Source: Nemertoderma westbladi (taxonomy: Eukaryota; Animalia; Xenacoelomorpha). Taken from it: 64,000 nt of DNA. Within the stretch, counting starts at the first letter, position 1, and each line of letters begins with the position of its first letter. Positions 33,640 through 45,776 of the stretch are shown here, piece after piece. The position numbers were made by a program, and so were the translations under genes. The stretch is taken from the NCBI GenBank assembly GCA_032718475.1, contig JAUCBJ010007475.1, positions 18,617-82,616 on the forward strand, read 5' to 3'. The notes under the pieces are model-generated. The model ran no database searches and had not been told where the DNA came from. It worked only from the letters and a program-made list of their open reading frames with translations.

Positions 33640-35003
33640 AGTAGGGTAGGCCTACTTCTACTTCTACTGCGGTCCCGACTTTATCTATTATCTCTTTATT
33701 GATTGGTCTATACGTTTTTGATTGTTTGTACAGAGAAGCGACTGTTTTAGGTTGTTTTGTTTAGATTGTTTTGGATTTATTATTTGTATCGACTAGAAGT
33801 TTTGTAAAATTTGTGAATCTGTACGTTTTATTGTTTTTTTGACAATTCCAATAACTTTTGTACCATTTGTTTTGTACTGTTCGTTTTATTTTTTTATAAT
33901 GTTTGGGATGAATATACTTTTTAACTCTTAGTTACTACTGCTACTTTGATTATTTTACTGTTTGTGACGTTTAGCGCCTTACCGTACTTTTATTATTATT
34001 ATTATTAACATACACAAAAGATTAAATAATATATATCATAGTTGTGCTGTTGTGGTACATAATGTGCACTGGTTTGAAGGCCCTTGACAATGTAAAGGAG
34101 ATGTTAAACACAGCACGTTTCTCATTGTGTCCATGTTTCCATTTTCAAATATTCCTGTTAGACGGTTCAACACAACTGCAGTACAGCAATTACTGGTGCC
34201 AGACTATCTAAATATTGGGTGTATACGCTACGCCGACAATAAATTTTTATTTTTAAATTTCTTCTAGAGCATATTTTTATCAAGATTCCAAATTTGAGAA
34301 CCGTTTAGCATGATCTGTCTTAATTCTTGAGATATGGCTGTATATCTGTTTGACTGTCGGTCTGTCCGTCACCGTCAGTATGTATCCAAAACAATAGAAA
34401 GCATATACTACTGCATCGGTTTTCTTGGTCGGTGACTTCATTTCTGATGTCAGTATTCAAATTTGGCCTCGTCGTTTCTGTTTGTATGCTTGCCCTGCCC
34501 GTCAAAATAAAACCGACAGCCTGTTTCTACTGTAAGTTATTGATGACTAAATAATAAAATAGGCCTATTAAATATAATGCAAAAATAAACAGATACAGTA
34601 CGCCAGGGATCGAACACGTCTAATGTCTATGTTGATAAGTAATAGCGAAGTATCCATTCCACTAATCGGAAAGAATGAAAAAATAGGCACAATGAGGAAC
34701 GAACTGTGTTTAACGCCTCCTACAATGTAAATGACACAGTTTTGTATGTATTTCGTTGGCGGCAAATTCAAATCGAAGCGCCAACTGCCAGCTCTGAGAA
34801 TCTGATAGAGAACTCTGATTACCCTGCTGCCTGGCCAGGGGCTGAGTTGTAGTTGGACGTGTATGTCGTGTAGACGTACAGACGTACCGTCGGTAGATAA
34901 GGCTACTGGCAGACACTGATTACCGTACATCTGTACTGCCATTGACTGCTGTACACGACTGTACAGTATCAGAGTACAGCCAACACTTCACAGCTGCACA
35001 GTA

Positions 35004-38000
35004 CAGTAGGGAACACATGCCCAAACAGGCAGTGCAGACTTTGCAAAATGCACTGCCATATTAGGCAGTTTTAGCCTAAATTTCTGATAAAATGTCAATT
35101 TTTATTAACTTCCTGCTCGAAGGGCCCCTTTTTTATTTCATGGGATGAAAATATAATATGTATTGCAAGGTAAATATAAAATTTGGTAGACTTTCACAGT
35201 TGGGTTTTAGAGACATCAGACTTTGAAAATTGCTAGTCAAAAGCATGCACTGCCCAAAATAGCAGTGTTCTGCTTAATATAGCAACATACTGTTTGAACT
35301 AGCAGTGCAATGCTTAAAACGGCAGTGCAAAATCAGAAAATGCATTCAGCATTACATACAATTCAGCAATCCTGATGGAAACATTATATATATATAACCA
35401 ATATTCAACAGATTTTATAAATCAATTTTTCACAGTTTGAAACACCAGTAGACTGGGAAAGTTGGAAAAAGAAAGACCCGATCATTTTTTCCTGAATTTG
35501 TAAATATTATATCTGTATATGGTATGTTGGTTTGTATTGCATTCTCTATATCCGTTACTATTGTCGAATGTATGACTTTGTATGTGTTTTAATCTACGTA
35601 TTCCTATTGCCTATTGTAAACATAAACTCTCATCTCAGTTTTAGCTTAATTTATACTATCGCAATCGCAATATTAGCTTGTTAATTTTAATTTTTAATTT
35701 GTAATATTTTTATATTGTAGATATTCAGTATTATGTTTGTTTTACTTGTTTGTTTTACTCTACATGTTTTACTATTAACGTTTTAAGCTATCCCAGTATC
35801 CAGCCACTCACAGCCAGCCTATTGTACTTGTCTGCTTGTACACAAAAACATTAGTATCAAATTTTGCTTTGAAAAAATATACTGTTGCAACATGTGTTTG
35901 TTAGAATATATTATCTTTATTATTATTTTATATTTATGTTGGTTTTACTCATTGCTCACTCTATCTATAATTAACGTTTTCCATCTACTGTAAAACCAAC
36001 ATAATACTGTATCAATTTACAATTAATTGATTTATATCAATTTTAGATTACTGGTCAGCCGGTAAGTCATACTGTATCAAAATACTAGTTTATTATATAC
36101 ATTTTATGTGTGAACGTGTAAATCTAAATATAGACTATATTTTAGTATCTAAATTGGATTTAATTATTTCTTACTAATGATCTGATGATGACTTCTTATA
36201 CAGTAATTTGTATTTTGTTAACAAATAATGCCTTAGATCAGTTAATCCTTAAACAGTGAAATTTCTTTATACATCCATAAATTATTAAACAATAATTTTA
36301 TCAAGGGGAGGTAAATTTCTGTACAGACCCCTTCTGCCCTTAAAGATATGACATTTTTAAATATGATATATATTAGGCCTAATGATTTTATTACTAAATA
36401 TTTACTATCAATAAATATCAGTTACCATATCAATCAGTCAATAAACATAAATTTTATCATTAGCGAACCGTAACTTTTAATATTAACGAACTATAGGCCT
36501 ATAATACATATTGTTATAATGGCCACATATATATTAATATTTTATACAGTATAATAAATATATTAATAAATTACCTGTCAGTGACTGTGTAAATTGTTAA
36601 CCAGTTAACTGAATAACTAACAAAAATAAAATATATATAGGCCTATAAATTGCTTTCAATAGGATAGTCTTATATACTGTAGATAGATAGGCTGTTTAGC
36701 AGATACAGTACAGACATAGATAGATAAACTCTGAAGGACTGAATGATGCCTGGCATTGCCAGGCTCTCCAGCTCTCCTACAGTCAGACAGAAGGAATTAA
36801 TTCAATACCATAACTGCAGAACTGCCATTTTAGGCAGTGCATGTTTTTGACTTGCAATTTTCAATGTCAAATATCTCCAAAACCCAACCATGAAACTCTT
36901 ACTACATTTTGTATTTACCTCCAATATATATCATATTTTCATCCAATGAAATAAAAATGGGGCCCTTCCAGCCTTCCAGCAGGAAGTTGATAAAAATTCA
37001 CATTTTATCCGAAATTTAGGGTAAAACTGCCTAATATCAGTAAGGGAAAATACCCCGAATCGGGGTATAGCAGCAAACCCCCATTCGGGGTTTTGTGATA
37101 CCCCGATTCGGGGTTCTCCCATAGACATTTTTTCTCCTTCATTTCAGCATATGAAGATTTTAATTCCGCAATTTCGTTTTAACATATTCGAATACACATT
37201 GGTGTGTACTACAAATAAGAAAACTTTGGAGTAATAATGAAATCTTCCGGCTTCGATATTGTACCGGAAAATCTAATGTAAATTATACCCCGAATCAGGG
37301 TATCCAGGACTCCCTGTACCCCGAATGGGGGCTTGTGATATATTCATACAGCCTGCAGAAGCACCGATTCGGGGTCAGTATTTTCTAGTACACCGATTCA
37401 GGAACTCAATTTTCTCGAAAATACACTGAATCGGCTCTTTTTTTCCACTCTGACACTGATTCGGTGTATATTTTCTAGTCGTTTTTTATATTTTTTAATG
37501 GATTTTCGTGATGTAATGTAATTTGTCATTGTATTTAATGTATATTACGTTATAGTGCTTATTGTTAGACAAATTGCATAATCATATCTATATTTAATAT
37601 TTAAAGTGTGATACAGTTTTGGTGTACTATTATAATGAAAAATATGCATTATTTATTCTCATTTTCACCATAATAATTTATCGTGGGCCCTTCATAACCC
37701 TTCACTTCATAACCACGCAAAACCCGACTTGGCGAATTAATATCCCGCCTCAATGTTAAATTCTCAATTTAGGGAAAGGAGCAGGTTACAGTGGCACGTT
37801 ATTTTAACCAAAACAATAAACTAAGCACAATAGAATAGGTTTCAGTCTTATTTTTGAGAGTAATCCGCTGTTATTTGCTTCGAATTTACTTTGGAAAGGG
37901 ATTAATTTTTATTGCGTCCAGTCCCCCCCCCCCCCCCCCCCCCCCTACAGTAGTATGTTAATTCAATACTAAGTAGCTACAGTACATAATACTACCGTAG

Positions 38001-39367
38001 TTCTCTAGTTTTCACGTACTGTATATAGGTTTCACGTAGGCCTACTGTATTTTATTGTCTATAAATAATATGCAAGCCATTGCAATGTAATGTATTCATG
38101 TATCCATGTATGCCATTGTCATATATTATAATTCTCGTATTCTTCTATAATTCGTAGGCCTATTCGTAGGCCTATAATTCTCTATAATCATCATAATAAT
38201 TATCATAATAATATTATATCTCGACTCATCGTTTAATATGCTAAATCTGGCAGGGTAAATATCTGCTTGCGTCTTATACGTGCTTGCCAGAACGGGCAAG
38301 GTTATTATACGTGCTTGCCCAAACGGGCAAGGTTATTATACGTGCTTGCCAGAACGGGCAAGGTTATTATACGTGCTTGCCAGAATGGCAGAATGGGCAA
38401 GGTTATAAGTGCTCGCCAGAAGAATCTAACAAGATTCTATTGAAGAGTCTAACCAGGGCGCATCTCTGCCTTGCGTCATTAAATGGTAGCTAAATGTGTA
38501 CTGGAAATTCCTCTGGGGAGTATAGCTCTGGGGGTCCACAATGGAAATAAGTCGTCTGACTTTGTGCGCAATCCCTGGCCTAACGGCCGAACAAAATGTA
38601 CTGTATTTTACTTCAGCTTTTTTCCGTCAATCTAGTTTCCTTTATTGTTTTGGATAGAAGCACTGCAACTTTAACCAGCTCTTGTCAGTTAATTACGATT
38701 AGCTTCGTTTATTGTATTAGTTAACTGTAACCGTAAAACACTGTAACAGTTAACTGTGAACTGTAACCTGCTCCTTTCTCTTAATAATGGAATTTACTGT
38801 ACTGGTACTAATGTACTGGTACTCCGTGTTGATTAAAAAACATACTTTTTGTTATCATATCCATATTTATAAATCAGTTGATAGACAAATAACACTGCAA
38901 TAATAATAATGTAAATGTACAATATAGTAATATACTACAGTACCGTACCTCCTGACCTCCCGTACTTCAGTAGGTAGGCCCTATATCTATCATTATAGTT
39001 ACCACATTTATATTATGACTGTATGAAACAGTATTGTACTGCACAAAATGTAATTTTCGCACTATTAATTCCAGTCTGACGTGAGTGAAACATCATTTTT
39101 CTGGAGGGGCGTGAATAACTCCTATACCCCGATTCGGGGTATATCTAATTTTTCCGCTGCCTGAAGATTTTCTAGTAGAGCACCGATTCGGGGTATAGCT
39201 TTCTACTGAAAATCTCCAATCAGTGTCACTATTTTCCACTATGACACCGATTCGGTGTATAGAGCTGTACCCCGATTCGGAGTATTTTCCCTTACTGAAT
39301 ATGGCAGTGCATTTTTCAAAAATGGCAGTGCGTCTGTGCTGCCAATTCGAGCATGTGTTCCCTACTG
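35004..39367. mobile_element. Non-autonomous DNA transposon with long imperfect TIRs and 5-bp TSD CAGTA
   Basis: CAGTAGGGAACACATGC...GCATGTGTTCCCTACTG; empty site in copy A at ~2316-2320. Confidence 0.85.
37038..39297. mobile_element. Nested non-autonomous DNA transposon, 5-bp TSD AATAT
   Basis: CAGTAAGGGAAAATACCCCGAATCGGGGTA...TACCCCGATTCGGAGTATTTTCCCTTACTG; many subterminal CCCGA(A/T)TCGG motifs; inserted in the right TIR of the outer element. Confidence 0.88.
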
Positions 39368-39712
39368 CAGTACTGCAGTAGTATCGGTCAGTCGGTACTA
39401 CTCTGCTACTGCAGTACTGTCAGACTGCAGACTGTAGTAAGTAAGGAAAGGGAACACAAGCCAGCTAGTCAACTGGCAGACTGGTCAACTAGTTGCCACA
39501 CTATTGCCAGACTACACTAAGGTACCGGTCTGCCGGTACCGTACTTACCGGCTACTGCCTGTACTGTCCTTCGTCTGTTCGTCGCCTACCGGGCTACCGG
39601 CTGACCTATACTCCCTGACTCCAGGACTCCCAGACTCCTGTCTGCCTGTACCTGTCTGCCTGTTGACCTGTGTACTGTACAGTTTCAGTTTCTGGTACAA
39701 TAATAAAACCTA

Positions 39713-40555
39713 GGGTAAGACGGGGTAAAATGGGACATGGGGTAAAATGGGACATGTCGGCGTCGGGGTAAAATGGGACATGCATATTTTTTGCCAATTT
39801 TTTTTTAAAGAACACTTTTAGGTCTGTTTTAATACGGTATATTTTTAATTGAGAAACTAAATGTTACATTGTTATATAGGCCTAGCACATATGATGAGAT
39901 CAAGATCACGCGATGAAAGCAATTTGTTAAGCGCGTATACACTTAAAAGTTAGGACACTTCCTATCATTCATTTTCTTCGATATTATATGCATTAGAATC
40001 GCAATCATCGATTTAGTGGGTGTAGAACAAGTCCAAATGTCCAAATTCCTGATCGTTTTGGAGTTACACAGATTTGTAGTTTTACCTTGATACATGTCTG
40101 CATGTAGATAGGCGTAACTCCGTAAATAATGCCTAGATGATTTTTCTCTGTGATTGTTGAGTTTTATAGCTTTTATAGCTACTACTGCATTTAGTTATTA
40201 GGCCTAGCTCATACTGGTCTTAACTACTCATACTCATACTGCTATTTCAACTCATACTGTCATAGGCCCTAATCTTAATCTAACTTCTGAACTTGACTAA
40301 CTAACACTAACAATGCCTCATGTCCCACCTTACCCCGGATGTCCCACTTTAACCCCACTCGGGGTAATGTGGGACACTGCGATTTTTTTAAAAATAAACC
40401 ACCTGAACCAAAGGCTCAGGGGTTTATTTTGGTACAATCTGATAGCCCAGAGTTCAAATGTACAGAATATGCTTTGATTATATCCATCCAGGAAAATCCC
40501 TCTTGGTTATAGAACCAAACATACCAAACTTGTCCCATTTTACCCCGTCTTACCC
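39713..40555. mobile_element. pogo/Tc1-mariner-type MITE, TA TSD
   Basis: TIR GGGTAAGACGGGGTAAAATGGGACA / TGTCCCATTTTACCCCGTCTTACCC; empty site AAACCTACTC in copy A at ~2662-2671. Confidence 0.88.
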
Positions 40556-40628
40556 TACTCTTATCTTACTGTCTTAGGGATGTATGGTCACTAGCTAACT
40601 AGGGCTGTAGGCGTCCGACAGTAGAGGG

Positions 40629-42725
40629 CAGTCGGGGAGAAGTTATATTTTCAACTGACAGTCGGTGAGAAGTCAAAAATTGGACTTCAAGTCCAATTTT
40701 AGACTTCAAGTCCAATTTTGGACTCCAAAGTCCAATATTGGACTTTAGTACAACTCCAAGTGTACCCATGCTGCCATACTGTATATCGGTATTTAAATCA
40801 AAACTGCATCCCGTATCAGTACATATATATTACATAATTACAATGCAACATTATTTTAAGGATCAAATTAATTATTATATGTATTATATAAACAGGGATC
40901 GCACACTTACAGTCAGACATTAGTAGTTACTTTTTGCGGTAGTGGTATAGCTTTGCGGTAGCCTTACTGCCTTAGTGGTGTATACCGCGGTAGCGTAGTT
41001 GAGTTATAGCTGTATAGTTCATTCATACCCATACCTGTGGTATTTTCGTATGGCAAAAATAAGACTACTGTAAACTGTAACCTATTATGTTATTGAGTTA
41101 ATGTTTATTGACTAATTGTTTTGATTAGGTTCAATGTGTCAAGTACAATGCACACATCTCTGCATCTCCAACCAGACACTATATAACATTGGAGTTGGAG
41201 GTGTCTCATTCAGTCATTGGTTCCCCCAAGCTTGACACTAGAACATAGCCGCCCCCGCTTTGCAGGACATCGCTTTAAGCCGTGAGGACCAGCCAGTGCA
41301 CCTCATGGAGTGAATAAGCATGGTGGACAGCCCATGATGACTTTCTTGAGACGCATCTTTCTTACTGTCTTAAAGGACACTGGCCTTGAAGATGCGGATG
41401 ATCTAGCAAATGTCATGGCTGATAAGGCTGTAAGAGTGTGAGGGAGTTGTGGAGGCGCACTTTTGTCAACAAGCCAGCACAGCATTCTTAATACATAATA
41501 GGGCCTATACTGCTATATATATATAATGCAGCTGCAATGAATCATGCCGATTGTAGTAGTAGTATGTGGTGAGGTTATAGGGCTCCTTCAATTGGTAAAG
41601 TCAAAAGTGGCCGTTTATTGTTTTAGTTAGAAAAGCCTGCCTCTGTAACCTGTAACCTGAATTGGTTTATGATTATGACGTGTGTTACTTGTTACTTCTG
41701 TACTTATTATGTGGAGACCCCAACGCGTTAATCAGTTACTAATCCCATTTCATTATCCTGTTATGCAGCTGTTTTATAATACCCTTCCTGTTGTATGGAA
41801 AAATTAGAAGAGATGGTGGTAGCATCAACTTGTAGTAGGCCTATTTCTTTCTGATAGGGCTCCCATAGCCTTAGACGAAATCGTAGCTTGTACTGTAGTT
41901 AGCCTTAGCAGCAGCTGCAGTTGGCTAACCTGGCATTGCTACCAGTATCCACCAAATATAATTTGTAATAAAGTCCAATATTGGGCTTTTGTAAAAATTC
42001 AAAGCCTTATAAAAAAAAGTTCCCCCTGGTGAATTTCAGGTCCCCCTGTTCAAAACTCTTATTTTTTGATATATTTTCGATTAAAGAAAAAAAATCCCGC
42101 CCGATCCTATTACCCAAGGCCCTGGAACAATTGGCTGATTTGAAGTCCAATATTGGACTCACAGAAGTCCAATTTTGGACTTGAACTGGAGTCGAAGTCC
42201 AATTTTGGACTCAAGTCCAATTTTTGACTTCTCACCGACTGACTGAGTTGAAATTTCAACTTTATTTTTTAAAATTCAACTTTTTATTAAAATTCAACTT
42301 TTGGAGTAGAGTTTAAAATTGAACTTTTTTTTAAAATTCAACTTTTGGAGTAGCTTTGGAAATACTAAAATATGGAATTGGAATCCATTACTGGTATTCC
42401 ATTGTATAATAATTATGAGATTCAGCGGTAATTAAATACATCTAATAAATTCCCGTAGTATTTCAGCTAATTTGCAAATGTAATCACTTAAAATGTTTTT
42501 TAAAAAAGTATTCCCGACGGTGAAAGTTTTTATTCCATCGGTAATGAGGGTTAATTTTTCGAGTTACGTCCATAAAAACAATCAAAACACCCCCCCCTTC
42601 TGTGACGTCTTGGGGGCCTTCTGCGCCTCCTGCCATTTTAGAGTTGAATTTACAACTTAAAAGTTGAATTAAAAAAAAAAGTTTTAAATTTCAACTCAGT
42701 TGAAATTTCAACTTCTCCCCGACTG
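40629..42725. mobile_element. Non-autonomous DNA transposon, 5-bp TSD GAGGG
   Basis: CAGTCGGGGAGAAGTT...AACTTCTCCCCGACTG; empty site in copy A at ~2743-2747. Confidence 0.88.
40659..42241. mobile_element. Nested non-autonomous DNA transposon, 5-bp TSD ACTGA
   Basis: CAGTCGGTGAGAAGTCAAAAATTGGACTT...AAGTCCAATTTTTGACTTCTCACCGACTG, inserted 30 bp inside the outer element; carries a diverged RTE fragment at ~41150-41560. Confidence 0.88.
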
Positions 42726-43359
42726 GAGGGTGGCTGGGTGGTCCAAAAAATGTTCACAGGGTACGGGTACCTATTGCCTGACTGCATGATTTTTTTGGTT
42801 ATAGAGCTGTAGAGTAACTACTGACTGTTTAACCATGTGACTAATGACTCTGACCATATCTGCATATGGTTTCCCTCAATTGGTAAAGTGATCATTTATT
42901 GTTCTGGTTAGAAAAGCCTGCCTCTGTAACCTTCTCCTTTTCCTCAATTGGTATATTTATATAGGCCTATACCAGTACAGTACATCAGCAAATCAACGGG
43001 TTTTGGAACTTCAAAATATTGCCAAGTGGGTGTACTGAAACCGATTTTACCCAAAAATTGCTACACACTGACACAACCAGTTATTAATACTGTTATTCTG
43101 TCCTGCTGTCCGACTATTTGTTTCTCATCTGATATTGATATCATTACAGTGACTGTAGTTAGTTGTTGTAGGAGATACTGAGATACATGCTACAGTCTTG
43201 CTACCACCTGATCTAAAATGTCCGACTAATAACATGTACAGTGACAATGACTTGAAATTAGCAGACTCTAATGTCTTATATTGCAGTATTGTATATTTAT
43301 TCTGTTCGAGTTTTATTTTTGTTTTATTTTTGAATTTATTTTTGTGTCTACTATCTGAC

Positions 43360-44616
43360 AGTCTGACTGTTGATGGTGACACAGAACCATTTGAAGTATT
43401 ATGGGGAGTCCTCCAAGGAGATACACTTGCGCTATTCTTGTTCATAATCATAATTGTGGTTGACTATGTCAGTATGTTCTACGCATGTCCTTAGATCATC
43501 ATAATGATGATGGGGTAATGGTAACTCCACCTACTGGCTCTAGAAGTCGAGTAATTCCTGCCAAGTACCTAACTGATCTTGACTTTGCTGATGACTTAGG
43601 AGTACTCCTGTACTCTCAGAATCACTAGAGGAAGCCCAACGGCTCCTCACCTAATTAGAACAGGCTGCTTCTAGTGTTGGTCTTTTTATTAACTCCAAAA
43701 AGACCAACATTTTGGCAGTTAATTTTGAAAGTGCTCAGCCAGTCAGCAAGTCTCTGACCGGATGAACATAAGCTCAAAGGATGGTATGCTCGGAGACGGG
43801 GGGGGGGGGGGGGGTGGGTGGGGGGAAACTTGATGCAAAACCCGCCTTGGCGAATTAATATCCCGCATCAATGTTAAATTCACAATTTAGGGAAAGGAGC
43901 AGGTTACAGTGGCACGATATTTTAACCAAAACAATAAACTAAGCACAATAAAACAGGTAACTGTTATATTTTTGAGAGTAATCATCTGTTATTTGCGTCC
44001 AATTTCCCCTGGAGAGGGGTGAATTTTTATTGCGTCCAGTACGCTCGAGCGTGTGGATGACTTCTGTTACCGGGGGTCATGGATCCGGAAGTCAAATGAG
44101 GACCTTCGAAATTCGAATACGTAAGGGAAAGGCATGGTCAGCCTTGAATGGGCTTTCTAGGATTTGGAAATCATATAGAATTAAGGTCCGATTATTTAGA
44201 GCAGCAGTAGTTCCCGTACTCCTCTATGGGAGTCCATGCTGGGCTCTAACTGCTGAGGACGCCAAATCTCTGGATGGCACATTCACAAGAATGCTACGCC
44301 GGGTTCATTGTGTCGGGCAATGCACACATCTCCAACCAGACACTATATAACATTGGAGATAGATGTCTCATTGGTTCCCCCAAGCTTGACACTATAACAA
44401 AGTTGCCTCCGCTTTGCAGGACATTGCTTTCGCCGTGAGGACCAGCCAGTGCCTAATCATGTGCTTTGGCAGCCTCATGGAGTGAATAATAAGCATGGTG
44501 GACAACCCATGACTTTCTTGAGACGCATGTTAAAGGACACCAGCATTGAAGATGCGGATGATCTAGCAAATGTCATGGGTGATAGGGAGTTGTGGTGGCG
44601 CAATTTTGTCGACAAG
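43360..44616 (+). pseudogene. Degraded RTE-clade RT fragment (duplicate of 3385-4640)
   Basis: Same motifs and lesions as copy A. Confidence 0.8.
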
Positions 44617-45776
44617 CCACCTGCAGCTGCAATGCAGCATGCCGATCCTAGTAGTAGTAGTAGTAGATCTGATATTGATATCATCAGAGTGACTGTAGTT
44701 AGTTGTTGTAGGAGATTCATGCTACAGTCTTGCTACCACCTGTACTTCTAAAATGTCCTGTTAATAATATGTACTTTGACGATATATTGTATATTATTCT
44801 ATTATCATTAGAACCACCTATTGCAAGCGCTTTCTTATTGGTTGAATATTCAATATTTTAATCGTCCAATCAGAGAGTCAGAAACTTCTCGAGATTAGGA
44901 TGTTGTAACACAGGAGGCAGAACATCATAATTTCAAGCGTTTCTGATTGGATGACTGAAATATTAAATTATTCTACCAATAAGAAGGCGCTTGAATTAGG
45001 AGGTTCCAATGACACTAATAAAATGCATTTGTTTTGTTTTATGCATTGTCAGATTGTTATTGTTTTTACATACATACATAATAACAATGACCGAACGTAA
45101 TCAGGATCGAATGTAAATAGTTATTACGTATCGAACGTAACTGCAATTATGTTACATTGGATCCTATAACTATGTTACATTCGATCTACAAATTACTAAG
45201 CTCGAATGTATCATTGCCATTTACAGATTTAAAGGAGCAGATTACAGAGGCGTGTTGGGGGAACCAAAACAATAAACGAAAGTTAACACATGTTACAAGA
45301 TTATGCAGGTTACTTTTATTTAAAGGCTGAAAGGAGCAGGTTACAGCTTACAGAGGCGTGTTGGGGGAACACATGTTTCAAGATTATGCAGGTTACTGAA
45401 TTGGGTCTTGGGTCTTTGTTTTGTACTCACCAACACCAAACTGTTTCTTCCTGTAAATAAACGAAGCATTTCATCGGTTAACTCCTGAAATCAAATTATT
45501 CCCTTACAGTTTCTAAATTACTGTCACTTTGTCTATCTTCTCAGATCCCTCCAAGAATTGCGAAGAGCTGGTTGCATTTTACCCTCACTATCGTGGATTC
45601 TTACAGTCTTACTTGTCAGTAATTGTGTAAATTTGAACGACAAGTAATCTCTAATTTTTTATTTGATCTATATTTTATATTTAATCTTAGTTATACTGGT
45701 AGCCTAATATATAATAGCTTAATTATTTATTATTGCGTATTACATGTACTATAATAATGGCATTACAGTATAGTTG

